A stretch of 52,954 nucleotides of DNA, counting the filler, from Stramenopiles sp. TOSAG23-3 (lineage: Eukaryota), in NCBI GenBank assembly GCA_900128585.1. It is 4 parts of 4 records of this genome, joined end to end, with 100 filler letters (N's around TTAATTAATTAA, not from the genome) between each part and the next. Parts side by side here need not be neighbours in the genome. Positions count along the whole stretch, not along the records: positions 24,407 to 48,703 come from LT642307.1; positions 48,804 to 50,830 come from LT645145.1; positions 50,931 to 52,954 come from LT645146.1; 1 more part is not named here. One strand, written 5' to 3'. Position numbers and translations under genes: made by a program. The notes beneath the pieces were generated by a model, which saw nothing but the letters and a program-made list of their open reading frames with translations, did no database searches and was not told where the DNA came from. This document shows, piece by piece, positions 41,333 through 50,931 of the stretch. The stretch's first letter is position 1. Each line of letters starts with the position of its first letter.

Positions 41333-42139
41333 CCCTTTCTTCTTGTCATTATTGTTCTAATTAGGGCAGCGGCACCTTTTTTTTTGTCATCCCATGGTGG
41401 TTTAAAAAATGTACCCTATTGTAAACTCTTTTATTTTTTACAACTATTTTAAAATGTCAGCTTTCACTTTGGCGGGAATAATTACATTTTCAATGCTCTG
41501 TATATGTTAATCCCTCAAAAAAAAAAGATAAATGTATTTTATAGTCTAAGAAAAGAATAATAGTTTTTAGTTTATATAATTAAATGAAAGAAGACACTAC
41601 TGGTATTAAATAGGTGATACCATCAGAACCACCAGTATCAAAAGTACACCGTAATAGCACTACTAGACAGTCCACTGGATTTAACAACTAATAAAAATAA
41701 AATATCCTAAAAAATATATAAAAATAATCTATTACGCTACGCTACTACGCTACTACGCTATTCTACAAGGTCGTCGCTTTTAATCGCGTTTCTATTCTGC
41801 TACAACACTGTACGTATTATACTGTGTATTGTATTCGTGACAACATTATTGAATTACGCATATTCTATGATGATTATAATACAATAATAATTAAAATAAT
41901 AATAATAATAATAGAGGATGATGAAAAAAATAATAATAATAATAAATAACAATAAAAAACAGTAACTACTTTTGTAGGAAGAAGAAACATAAAAAAGAGG
42001 ATGCTTTAAGAAACCATTTTTGCGCAGTATTCAATCGTTTTTGCAAAAGAAAAGGACCAGTTATTGTTATATTTGATCGCACTTGTAATATTGAACGGCT
42101 TAATAGTTTCAAATAGTTTTTACGTTGCTCGTTACAGAC

Positions 42140-45100
42140 ATGGCTGCCGTAGCGTCTGCTAGCAATCCAGTGCAAGCAAGCACGCCCGACGCCGTTGTGG
42201 TAGACCCTGCCGAAAAGGCCCAAGCTCCGGATCCCTACTATTCGGACGACAACTCGGACGATGACGAGATTTCCCGGAAAAAGAAGTTTCTGAAAAACCA
42301 AGGGCTCATTAAGGATCACAAGTACATGACTGACCTGCTGGCCATTTGCACGGGCATCGGTGCCACCGAGAAGGAAACGTTGCCGAACGGGAACGTAAAG
42401 AAAATCATCACGAAAGGGGATGACTGTGAAGAGTGCGTCCACGATCTCCAACGATACTTGAGGAAAGATGATGACGAACGGTCGATGCACAGGATGCTTG
42501 GCAGCTGGAGGATTTTGCAGAACAAGCTGCTCCCCCTGGTAACCACGTACCACACTTCTGACCCGAAACTTATTTTTTCAGTGACCAAAGTCTTGGTTAT
42601 GCTCACCATGCCCCCGGAAGAGAACGGGCCGGCGGTTGCGCAAGAAATGCGCTACCTGGTGAGGTATAAGGAAGCGTTCTTGTCGAACGATATTCTTGCC
42701 ATTTTCGTCGCCATGCTGGAAGAGCCCCTGTCGCACAACGGCTTTGACCGGACGGACGACGACAACATGCTGATTGAGTTGGTTTTGACGCTCTTCCGCA
42801 ACTTGCTGCATGTTCCGAACCCGGCCTACTCCAGCGTGTCGGGGGGGGAGCATTTGACCCATTTGCAAGAAGATTTCATCGTTTTGCTCAAAGAAGAGTT
42901 TGTGCTGGATACGGTCCTTCTCCTTGCCCAACTGGTCGAAGACGAAGCAAATAGGGACTGGAACCTTCTCTTGCTGGAACTTTTTTATTTGCTCTTCCGT
43001 GGGCAAAGCCCCGAGATGGTCGCGAACGAGGACGGCCGCCATGCTTCTTACAAGCATCGAGTGGGCAGCGAAATTGGCAAGCAAACCTCTACCGTTGGGG
43101 GAAAGCGCATTCAAGAAGCCCAACATTTTGACCCTCTCGCGAATATGATCGTGCAAGAGCACCGTCAGAGGCTGGTGAAGAAGCGCGGAATTGGTGCGCG
43201 TCACTCGAAATTTGGAGGGTCGTACGTTCTGAAGGATGAAGAGGACCAGAGCGGGCAAAAGCTTGTTCTGCACTCCGCTTGGAGGAAGATGGAGGACAGA
43301 ATGAAGTCCAGCCTGCCGCCCAGCAAGTCCGTCCTTGCAAAACAGCGAAGGGCGGACGCGGCCGCGGCCCAAACTGCACTTTTGACCGGCCTTCGACCGG
43401 ACGCGTTCACGGTTGGGTACGGTTATGGCACCGCCATGTCTGCCCCAATGGCAACCAAGCAACTCGGGGTTCGCGTAGTCTTAAAAGAGTTTGCCTCCCA
43501 GTTCATAACCAAAGCATACCCGGCCCTGATGCGAAGTCTTGTGCGAGACTTCAGGCGGGAAAGCGCGAGGCTGCTGCCCTCGGACATGATCCAGTACATC
43601 TACGTGTCTGCGTTCTGCACGAGTTTTCACCGCAGATGCGAGGACATGCGCCTGGCTGCCGCCAGAGCTTCGAAAGCTTCCTGCGAACCCTTCGATTGGG
43701 GGCCCGTGTCGGCGACCATGGATCTGTGGTCCTTTCATTTCACGGTGAAAAGTATCGATCGATACCTTGACTTGAAGGATTGGGTAGCCACCGGGGTTTC
43801 CGTTGCCCTCTTGAAAGAAATGGTGGTTGTTTTGGACCGTTTGCGAAAGTCCTCTTCGTCCGCGCGCCGAGAGACTGCGAACCAGCTGATTAATGTTGTC
43901 TTTTACGAACGTGAGATTATTGACCTAGTGCCTCGCTTGCTGGGGCGTTGCCACAGTGCCAGGAAGCACGTGTCGTCCTGGTTCGTGACGGACCTGGTGG
44001 AAACTGCGCACGTCATTTTAGACATTACTGAACATTTGGCAGAGCACAAAATGTTCGTGCTTCAAAGACGGAAGAAGGTGAAAGAAAAGCTGAAAATGCG
44101 ACCCTGGAAATCTGAAGAAATCCACGCGTTGGAAGAAGCGGTCAAGAAGTATGGAAAGACGAAAAAGAAATTCCAACAAATTCTGAAAAGCCCGGAGTTT
44201 GGGCCAATATTTTTGGAAGGCCGTATCGTAAATGAGCTGCAGCTCAAGTACAAAACGATTGCCAAGCTGCGCAAAGACGGGAAAGAGGGCAACTTTGAGT
44301 CGGACGAAGAAGACAACGAGGAAGAGACGGAAGAGCAAAAGAAGGAGAAGCGGGAAGAAGCTTCCATTCGAAGAGAGTGTGAATTTAAATTCAACACGTT
44401 CATGAACAAGTTCGCCCAAAATTCCGTGTACCAAGTGTACATGCGCCTGCTGCGGACGTACAAAACCAACACGCCGCAGGTGAACCACTGCATTGTCAAA
44501 GTGCTCTACCGGTTGACCCAGCTTGAAGTGCACGAATACTACAATGGCGACTCTGAAAGTCCAGAAGACAAGATTAATCGTGTGACTCATGAGCCTGTCA
44601 TGTTCCAAGTCTCGACGCTAATGTTGTTCGAGCTAATCTTGAACGATCGCGATATCAAGAGGGATCGAAACTTTCGGGAGTTGCGCGAGTTTACAGCAAG
44701 CGTGGTCCGACACTTCTTTCGCTTGGCGAAGAAGAATCCTCTGATGTACGTTGAGGCGCTGTTCAATAGACCTCGCCGCATGAACGAGCTGCTTGTTCAC
44801 GTGTACGATGCAGACTCCATTTACAGTAGCAGCAAAGGTGGCAGCCGGAGCAAGAAGGCAGCTGCGGAAAAACAACAGAAAGACCCGGGTAACAGCGGGG
44901 CCCTTAACGATTCGGACCTTGACCAGGAAGAAGAGGCAGAACTAGAAGACCAAGACTTTGGCAAAAAGGCGAAAGCGCGCGCAGAAGCCAAGGCTAGGGA
45001 ACGTGACGAGCGATCTGGTCGACGGCGCAACAACAGGAGATGGGGAGAGCACGAAGATGCCGTCCTGTTGGCCAGGTTCCCGGCCCTGCGCCATTTGGAT

Positions 45101-46504
45101 GCTGTGTATGAAATTCTTGCGTTGGACGATGTCTTGCAAGACAAAGAACGGTCCTCGAACCAAATTAAGAACCGTGTAAAGCAGTTAGGTCTGCTCGACG
45201 GGACGCACAAAACAAGGAAGGAATCCTTAGGAATCCAAACCGCGCAATTGAAGAAGCAGGTTGATAGCGTGCTGCAGGTCCGTGTCATGGAAGGCGCGGC
45301 AGCGTCGGAAACCGTTGGACGCGACGCAATCAAATCAATCCAGGATCGTCTGAAAGAATGCGCAGATTTCCGTGACGAGCAAAAAATGCTCCGCGAAACG
45401 ATGCGGGCCATGGGCGACGGCGAGACGGACGATGATCTGGTCATTGCGAGCACCGTCGACTATGCTTTAGTGCCTGTTACGCAGGATGAGTTCGCCCACT
45501 TTGCGAATCGCCACGTTGTAAAATTGTTCAAGGCACTCAACCTTCGAGAACCTGGTACGGGGGAAGTGTACTGGCGCATCCCAGGGACTTTTAGTGCAGA
45601 CGAGTGTCGCAACCGTGTGAAGACTCTCCGTGCGACGGTCCTTGAAATTGACACGGCAGAATCTGAGATGCAGATGAAGGAGGCGGAAGCGAAGCGCTTC
45701 GAAGGCTTGGAAGAATACGGGGCCGGCGAGGAGGAGGAAGCAGAGAACGAAACTGCGCAAATCAAAAATGGAAGCGTTTACCACTTGGAGTCTTCCCAAG
45801 AAATGATGATGTCAGCAAACATTCAAGGGAAGGTTTCCGCCGATCGCATCAGCACCGGGCAGTGGGAAACCTTTCGTTTTCTTGGAAGCGAAGATACATT
45901 TGCCATTCGAACTCACCACAGCAATTTCGTGACTGTAGATTCTGAAGGGAAGGTTGTGTCTAGCAGAGGCATATCCGAGGCCGGGGAAAGAGAGAAATTT
46001 TTACTCGCCTACGAAGACGGGAAGATCTTGCTACAGCACAAAGCTACCGGATTCTACCTGTCCGCGACGGAGGACGGAAAGGTGACGTGCAAGACTGCCA
46101 TGGTCGGGGCAACGTCTCTGTGGTTTGCAAAAGAGGCTGAAGACCCTGAATTGTCGATGCCAGAAGTTTCTGCCAGCCCCTTGTCCTCGCCACAAAAAGG
46201 GAAACGGCGTGTGGCCACATTGTATGAGGAATCTGACTCGGACTCTGACGACGATGAAGAGTTGAAAGGTTTTTTTGCAAACGCAAAGAAGAACACAGAC
46301 AAAGTTGCTGCAATTGAGGCCGTTCCTGTCGACAGTAGTAATACAGTACAAGCCGAAGAGGAAGAGGAAGAGGAAACGATGGTCGTGGAAACGGAAGAGA
46401 ACGACGAGGAGGAGGGCGAGCAGCCAGTGAAAAAACCAACGCAGAAATTGCAAAAGAAACGGCGAATGGTCCTTGAGGACAGTGATGACGACGATGACGA
46501 CTGA
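42140..46504 (+). CDS. TIMELESS: TIMELESS/Tof1/Swi1 homolog with extra Myb and fascin-like domains
   Basis: KGDDCEECVHDLQRYLRKDD, ILQNKLLPL, KVLVMLTMP, YKEAFL, IELVLTLFRNLLHVP, RHSKFGGSY, DLVETAHVIL, NHCIVKVLYRL, MFQVSTLMLF, KNPLMYVEALF. First ATG 42140. Confidence 0.92.
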   Translation: MAAVASASNPVQASTPDAVVVDPAEKAQAPDPYYSDDNSDDDEISRKKKFLKNQGLIKDHKYMTDLLAICTGIGATEKETLPNGNVKKIITKGDDCEECVHDLQRYLRKDDDERSMHRMLGSWRILQNKLLPLVTTYHTSDPKLIFSVTKVLVMLTMPPEENGPAVAQEMRYLVRYKEAFLSNDILAIFVAMLEEPLSHNGFDRTDDDNMLIELVLTLFRNLLHVPNPAYSSVSGGEHLTHLQEDFIVLLKEEFVLDTVLLLAQLVEDEANRDWNLLLLELFYLLFRGQSPEMVANEDGRHASYKHRVGSEIGKQTSTVGGKRIQEAQHFDPLANMIVQEHRQRLVKKRGIGARHSKFGGSYVLKDEEDQSGQKLVLHSAWRKMEDRMKSSLPPSKSVLAKQRRADAAAAQTALLTGLRPDAFTVGYGYGTAMSAPMATKQLGVRVVLKEFASQFITKAYPALMRSLVRDFRRESARLLPSDMIQYIYVSAFCTSFHRRCEDMRLAAARASKASCEPFDWGPVSATMDLWSFHFTVKSIDRYLDLKDWVATGVSVALLKEMVVVLDRLRKSSSSARRETANQLINVVFYEREIIDLVPRLLGRCHSARKHVSSWFVTDLVETAHVILDITEHLAEHKMFVLQRRKKVKEKLKMRPWKSEEIHALEEAVKKYGKTKKKFQQILKSPEFGPIFLEGRIVNELQLKYKTIAKLRKDGKEGNFESDEEDNEEETEEQKKEKREEASIRRECEFKFNTFMNKFAQNSVYQVYMRLLRTYKTNTPQVNHCIVKVLYRLTQLEVHEYYNGDSESPEDKINRVTHEPVMFQVSTLMLFELILNDRDIKRDRNFRELREFTASVVRHFFRLAKKNPLMYVEALFNRPRRMNELLVHVYDADSIYSSSKGGSRSKKAAAEKQQKDPGNSGALNDSDLDQEEEAELEDQDFGKKAKARAEAKARERDERSGRRRNNRRWGEHEDAVLLARFPALRHLDAVYEILALDDVLQDKERSSNQIKNRVKQLGLLDGTHKTRKESLGIQTAQLKKQVDSVLQVRVMEGAAASETVGRDAIKSIQDRLKECADFRDEQKMLRETMRAMGDGETDDDLVIASTVDYALVPVTQDEFAHFANRHVVKLFKALNLREPGTGEVYWRIPGTFSADECRNRVKTLRATVLEIDTAESEMQMKEAEAKRFEGLEEYGAGEEEEAENETAQIKNGSVYHLESSQEMMMSANIQGKVSADRISTGQWETFRFLGSEDTFAIRTHHSNFVTVDSEGKVVSSRGISEAGEREKFLLAYEDGKILLQHKATGFYLSATEDGKVTCKTAMVGATSLWFAKEAEDPELSMPEVSASPLSSPQKGKRRVATLYEESDSDSDDDEELKGFFANAKKNTDKVAAIEAVPVDSSNTVQAEEEEEEETMVVETEENDEEEGEQPVKKPTQKLQKKRRMVLEDSDDDDDD

Positions 46505-47184
46505 GGAGAGATAAAAAGAGTTTCTTCTTGTCGAAATGGGCGGATGGGCTTCTCTTCAATATCGTCGCCCTTTTGAAAAGGAGTGCGTGTTATTTTTATA
46601 AGTACAATAATTGGTATACTACTAACAAAATAAGGAAAAATTATTGATTTCAAAGTACAGTTTAATAGAGACTAAAATAAGGAGGGGGGAGGGGGGAGTC
46701 TTTCAAAAAAAGAAGTAATTTTTTTTTTTAAATAAATAAATATTATTAGGCTATTTATAATGTATAGTACGAGGACACAACAACGACGACAACAACAACA
46801 ACAACAAAAAATCAAAAAAAAAAAGAAGAAGAAGAAGAAGAATAGTAGGAGGAGGAGGTAGTAGGAGAAGAATAATATTAATAATTATTATTAAAAAATA
46901 AAAAAAAAAATGAAAATTTGTTGAGAAACAACTATTGTGTATATTTTATACCAAATTAATTCTTCCATCGAACTAAATAATGAAATATGAAAGCGATGTA
47001 TATGGCGGCTTGAAAGAACTGAATTTATTGTAGGTTCAGGTTTATTTCATCACAGTAGATTCCCTCTGAAGTCCATAACGAGGTGTGTAATATTTGTTGT
47101 TTGGGAAACGGTGCGACCTTCGTATTGTAGAGATTTTATTGCGGTTGCGTTGCAATCTGCGAGTCGGTATACTGTTTTCAAAAG

Positions 47185-48309
47185 ATGGACGTTGGTTTTG
47201 ACAGGAAAAAAAAATACGGTGGCCGCCCTAGGGCATTGATCTGTTACATTTGCGGCCGGCAGTATGGAACAAATTCGCTGAAAATACATTTGAAGCAGTG
47301 TGCAAAGTTATGGGAAGATAGAGAGGCATTGAAACCAAAACATGATAGAAGGTCGGTTCCAGAGCCTCCGAAAGCGTTCACCGCAGCTTTTGAAAGAGCC
47401 AAAAGTGGTAAGAAATCTAAGAATATTTCCAATGCTCAGATTGAAGCCCAGAACAGAGCTGCGTTTAACGCGTACAATGACACGTCTTTGTTTCCGTGCC
47501 CTCATTGCGGAAGAACCTTTTTGGAAGAACCGCTGGCGAGGCACCTGAAAGTTTGCCGGCCAGATAGCATCATCGGCAAAAAACTGAAAGGCGGGTCGGG
47601 CCTAGCTGGTGGAAACTTGGGCAAAGGCGCAAACCCCGCCGACGGGGGTGTGAGACGCAAAACAAGGCCAAGGACGACCTCTCCGAGGCAAAACTCGGCA
47701 ACTGTGCCGTCTGAAAAACCTTGGCATAGAAAAACGAGAGGAAAAGGTGGCAATGCGCCACCCAAGACGAGTCCCCAAATACTTATTGCAACGAAGAACA
47801 AAGCTGGGCAAGCAGAGGATAGCTTCAACACAGACCTGGAACTCTCGAATTTTCTTAAGGAAGAAGGAATCAGCCGTTCCGTGGAATGGAATGTACGCGA
47901 GAATGCATACAACAAGGTTGATGCGCAAAGTGCGGCCGGTGCGGAGGATACCTGGGAAAAGGCGACTGACCCTAAAACGGGAAGACCGTTTTACGTTCAT
48001 TCAAGGACCGGAAAACGAAGGTGGACCAAGCCGAGCTCAAACTCTTCATCTTCAACCCCGAGAGCCGAAAGCGGTAACCCAAACAAAACCTCTCGTGCCG
48101 GCTCAATATGGACCCCACCGGAAGCTTTGTCGGAAACTAGGCCCCCCCTTGTGACCTCCTCGACACAGGGGTCTGGTCAGGGAGAACACAGCATAAGACT
48201 AGAGGCCCGTGTAAGTGTGCTGGAGGAACAGCTTGCGGGAGCCCTGCAGGAAATCAACAGGCTCAAAAACATTCTAGGGAACTTTCAGCGGTCGTTCAAT
48301 TTGGGCTAA
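47185..48309 (+). CDS. C2HC zinc-finger (ZNF474-like) protein with WW domain and C-terminal coiled coil
   Basis: RPRALICYICGRQYGTNSLKIHLKQC, PCPHCGRTFLEEPLARHLKVC, WW domain WEKATDPKTGRPFYVHSRTGKRRWTKP, heptads LEARVSVLEEQL. Confidence 0.85.
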   Translation: MDVGFDRKKKYGGRPRALICYICGRQYGTNSLKIHLKQCAKLWEDREALKPKHDRRSVPEPPKAFTAAFERAKSGKKSKNISNAQIEAQNRAAFNAYNDTSLFPCPHCGRTFLEEPLARHLKVCRPDSIIGKKLKGGSGLAGGNLGKGANPADGGVRRKTRPRTTSPRQNSATVPSEKPWHRKTRGKGGNAPPKTSPQILIATKNKAGQAEDSFNTDLELSNFLKEEGISRSVEWNVRENAYNKVDAQSAAGAEDTWEKATDPKTGRPFYVHSRTGKRRWTKPSSNSSSSTPRAESGNPNKTSRAGSIWTPPEALSETRPPLVTSSTQGSGQGEHSIRLEARVSVLEEQLAGALQEINRLKNILGNFQRSFNLG

Positions 48310-48703
48310 AAAAATATTTAATTCCGAAGTACAAACAAACTTTTATAATTGCGGTGGCGGCTTCTTATTATTAGGAGGACTATTACATAAAATATCGTAC
48401 TACGGTGGTATTATACGGTATTAAAAAAAAACGAGGAGAGGTGAAAAAAATAAGGTCTGTCAAAAAAAAAATAATATGCAAAAAAAATAATGCTGGATGA
48501 TGGACGGATAAAATTATTTTTTTTTTAATAATCTAATAAATATCTATTAATATTAATCTAAATAATTATCTATTCATATGAATAATTATTTGGAAATACA
48601 AAACAAAAATATATATTCACGCATAAAAAAAAAATAAGACAAACACAACGCAAAATACGCAACCATATGTCAAGCTTAGCAGTAAACAACGACGCGCAAG
48701 AAC

Positions 48704-48803
48704 NNNNNNNNNNNNNNNNNNNNNNNNNNNNNNNNNNNNNNNNNNNNTTAATTAATTAANNNNNNNNNNNNNNNNNNNNNNNNNNNNNNNNNNNNNNNNN
48801 NNN
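48704..48803. other. Artificial contig spacer (44N + TTAATTAATTAA + 44N)
   Basis: Same 100-bp spacer. Confidence 0.95.
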
Positions 48804-48952
48804 GGTGTCATCTCTTTCATGTTTTTATACCTTGCCGACCAGTGGAGAAATTCTCCACAACACTCAAAGTACAGGCCTGGTTTTCCACTCAGAATTTTGC
48901 CATCATAGACTGTATGCTCAAGGTTACATTGTTTGCATTTAGTTGTGAACAT
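48804..48952 (-). CDS. Partial ORF with a Cys4 zinc-ribbon/GRF-like motif, cut by the contig end
   Basis: MFTTKCKQCNLEHTVYDGKILSGKPGLYFECCGEFLHWSARYKNMKEMT runs into the gap. Confidence 0.4.
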
Positions 48953-49196
48953 TTTAGAAATTGTTTTTATTTTTGTTAAGCAGAAGGAAAACGTTTTACA
49001 AAACTTGAAATTTATTATAATGTTTGCTTTTCTTATTATCTTTTCTGTTTTGCAAATACCACAATTTGACAGTTGGCATGCAAATACAAATTTTTGCACA
49101 GACAAGGTGCGGACGTTGTGCATGGTTCTAGACCATTCATTGTCATAATCGTCAATCATCATCATGTATATATTATAAATATAATAATACTATTAA

Positions 49197-50718
49197 GGGA
49201 CCTACATGTGATGTTTGTGATGTTTGTGATGTACTGTATAATATATATTAATAGTCGTCTTGTCTTGTCTTGGTCTTCTCCTTTTATTTTTTATTTTTTA
49301 TTTTTTATTATTAATTATAAAATGTACCAAAATGCAAAGCATTTTTGATATTTACCACAATAATATTTTTATATGTTCGAATACAGTATATATATATATA
49401 TATAGAATTAAATTTGTCACAAATGTATACTGGACACTTCAGGTGTCACATTAAGTAAAAACAATATGTCTTTTGAGCAAACTTATATTGAATTGTTTAG
49501 TGAGCATCACCTTAGGGCAAAGGTGGCCACTCTAAAAATTGCCTTCGACCTTGCTGTGGCAAGATGTATAGCAGCTGGGGGAGATCAACAGTATTGGTCC
49601 CTGGAATTCAAAGGAAAGTATCGGGACCCATGGTTATGGGAAGTTATGACTGATGGAATGACGGAGGAAGAAATGGGAATTCTGAAGGGTTTGCAATTTG
49701 AGGGGCACGGTGTGCAACCTCCTGCTATCCTGAAGGAGGGGATTGTTTTGGCCGCATTTTACAGGCTGAGGGGTAACTTTCTGATGAAGTTGCACCGACA
49801 ACGCAGGCGACAACGCAGGAGACTAGCTGACACTGCAAGTGTCACGTCATTGAGTTCTGTACCAGAGGACGATGACACTCTGAGTGTCACTCCTGACAGT
49901 TCTACGACAGCCGCAGATGGTGAGGACCTCGGGGAATATGCGGCATTCGGTGGTCTTCAACCAATAGGTAATGATGACCGTTTTCCAATAGGTAATGATG
50001 CCATGTTGGTGAATGGTGATGAAGCAGATGCTGGCACTGACGAAGGTAAGACCACCGGTCCCGAAGTGCCCACTGGCTCTGACTTGGAAAGCGTACCGAC
50101 GGCTACTGGCTCTGAAATTGAAGCCTCTACTGGAATCGCAAACAATGACACCAAAAGTAGCAGTTCTGGGTCTGCGAAGTACTTATGTGGACGCCCAGGC
50201 TGCACCAAGCCTTACAATCACCAGGGCAGCTGCAGTAATGCAGTACTTCTTGGCAAAAGGACCCGCAGTAAAAAAAGTAAATTCACTATTTAATTTATAA
50301 TATCACAGAATCAACTTCAATAAATATATTATGTACGTGATATCACAGGTTAACTATATATAATATGTACGTGATATAACAGGTTAAACTAATATAGACT
50401 ATAGTCTTATAGTCTTCATTTGCAGATTTTTAATGGTATCCCTTGTACATTTTTTTCGACAAGCAGAGATTGAGATTTTGATAGGAGGAATATGTATTAT
50501 GTACTCAAAAAGTCTATTTGCCTATTTAAATTTTGTGTAAGTAACAAAATGTAAAGTTCTAATCTCCAATTGAGATAATACTAATATTTTGATATTTAAT
50601 TCCTTAAAATTAATAAATAGGAAACTAAGAATACAACATATGTAGTTAATACAAACATCACAAACATCACAAACATCACAAACATCACAAACATCACAAA
50701 CATAACATCCAGGTCCCC
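49197..50718. mobile_element. Putative non-autonomous element bounded by imperfect inverted repeats with subterminal 9-bp arrays
   Basis: Left end GGGACCTACATGTGATGTTTGTGATGTTTGTGATGT (49197-49232). Right end reverse complement GGGGACCTGGATGTTATGTTTGTGATGTTTGTG... (50718-50651). Confidence 0.5.
49466..50293 (+). CDS. Orphan protein, 275 aa: helical N-terminus, acidic S/T-rich linker, C-terminal CCHC-type motif
   Basis: ATG in AAACAATATG context, complex sequence, CGRPGCTKPYNHQGSC and a basic tail (KRTRSKKSK). Confidence 0.65.
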   Translation: MSFEQTYIELFSEHHLRAKVATLKIAFDLAVARCIAAGGDQQYWSLEFKGKYRDPWLWEVMTDGMTEEEMGILKGLQFEGHGVQPPAILKEGIVLAAFYRLRGNFLMKLHRQRRRQRRRLADTASVTSLSSVPEDDDTLSVTPDSSTTAADGEDLGEYAAFGGLQPIGNDDRFPIGNDAMLVNGDEADAGTDEGKTTGPEVPTGSDLESVPTATGSEIEASTGIANNDTKSSSSGSAKYLCGRPGCTKPYNHQGSCSNAVLLGKRTRSKKSKFTI

Positions 50719-50830
50719 ATAGTAATAGTATACTATTTGTGATAATACTTATAGTATTTAATAGAATAGAATAGTCAGTCACACGAAGAAGAAGAAGAGT
50801 CGAACTATCATCAAAAAATTAAACCAGGAC

Positions 50831-50930
50831 NNNNNNNNNNNNNNNNNNNNNNNNNNNNNNNNNNNNNNNNNNNNTTAATTAATTAANNNNNNNNNNNNNN
50901 NNNNNNNNNNNNNNNNNNNNNNNNNNNNNN
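50831..50930. other. Artificial contig spacer (44N + TTAATTAATTAA + 44N)
   Basis: Same 100-bp spacer. Confidence 0.95.
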
Positions 50931-50931
50931 T

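Noticed and set aside
49466..50293. ORF as a transposase
   Set aside because: No DDE, HUH or tyrosine-recombinase motifs; half the protein is low-complexity.
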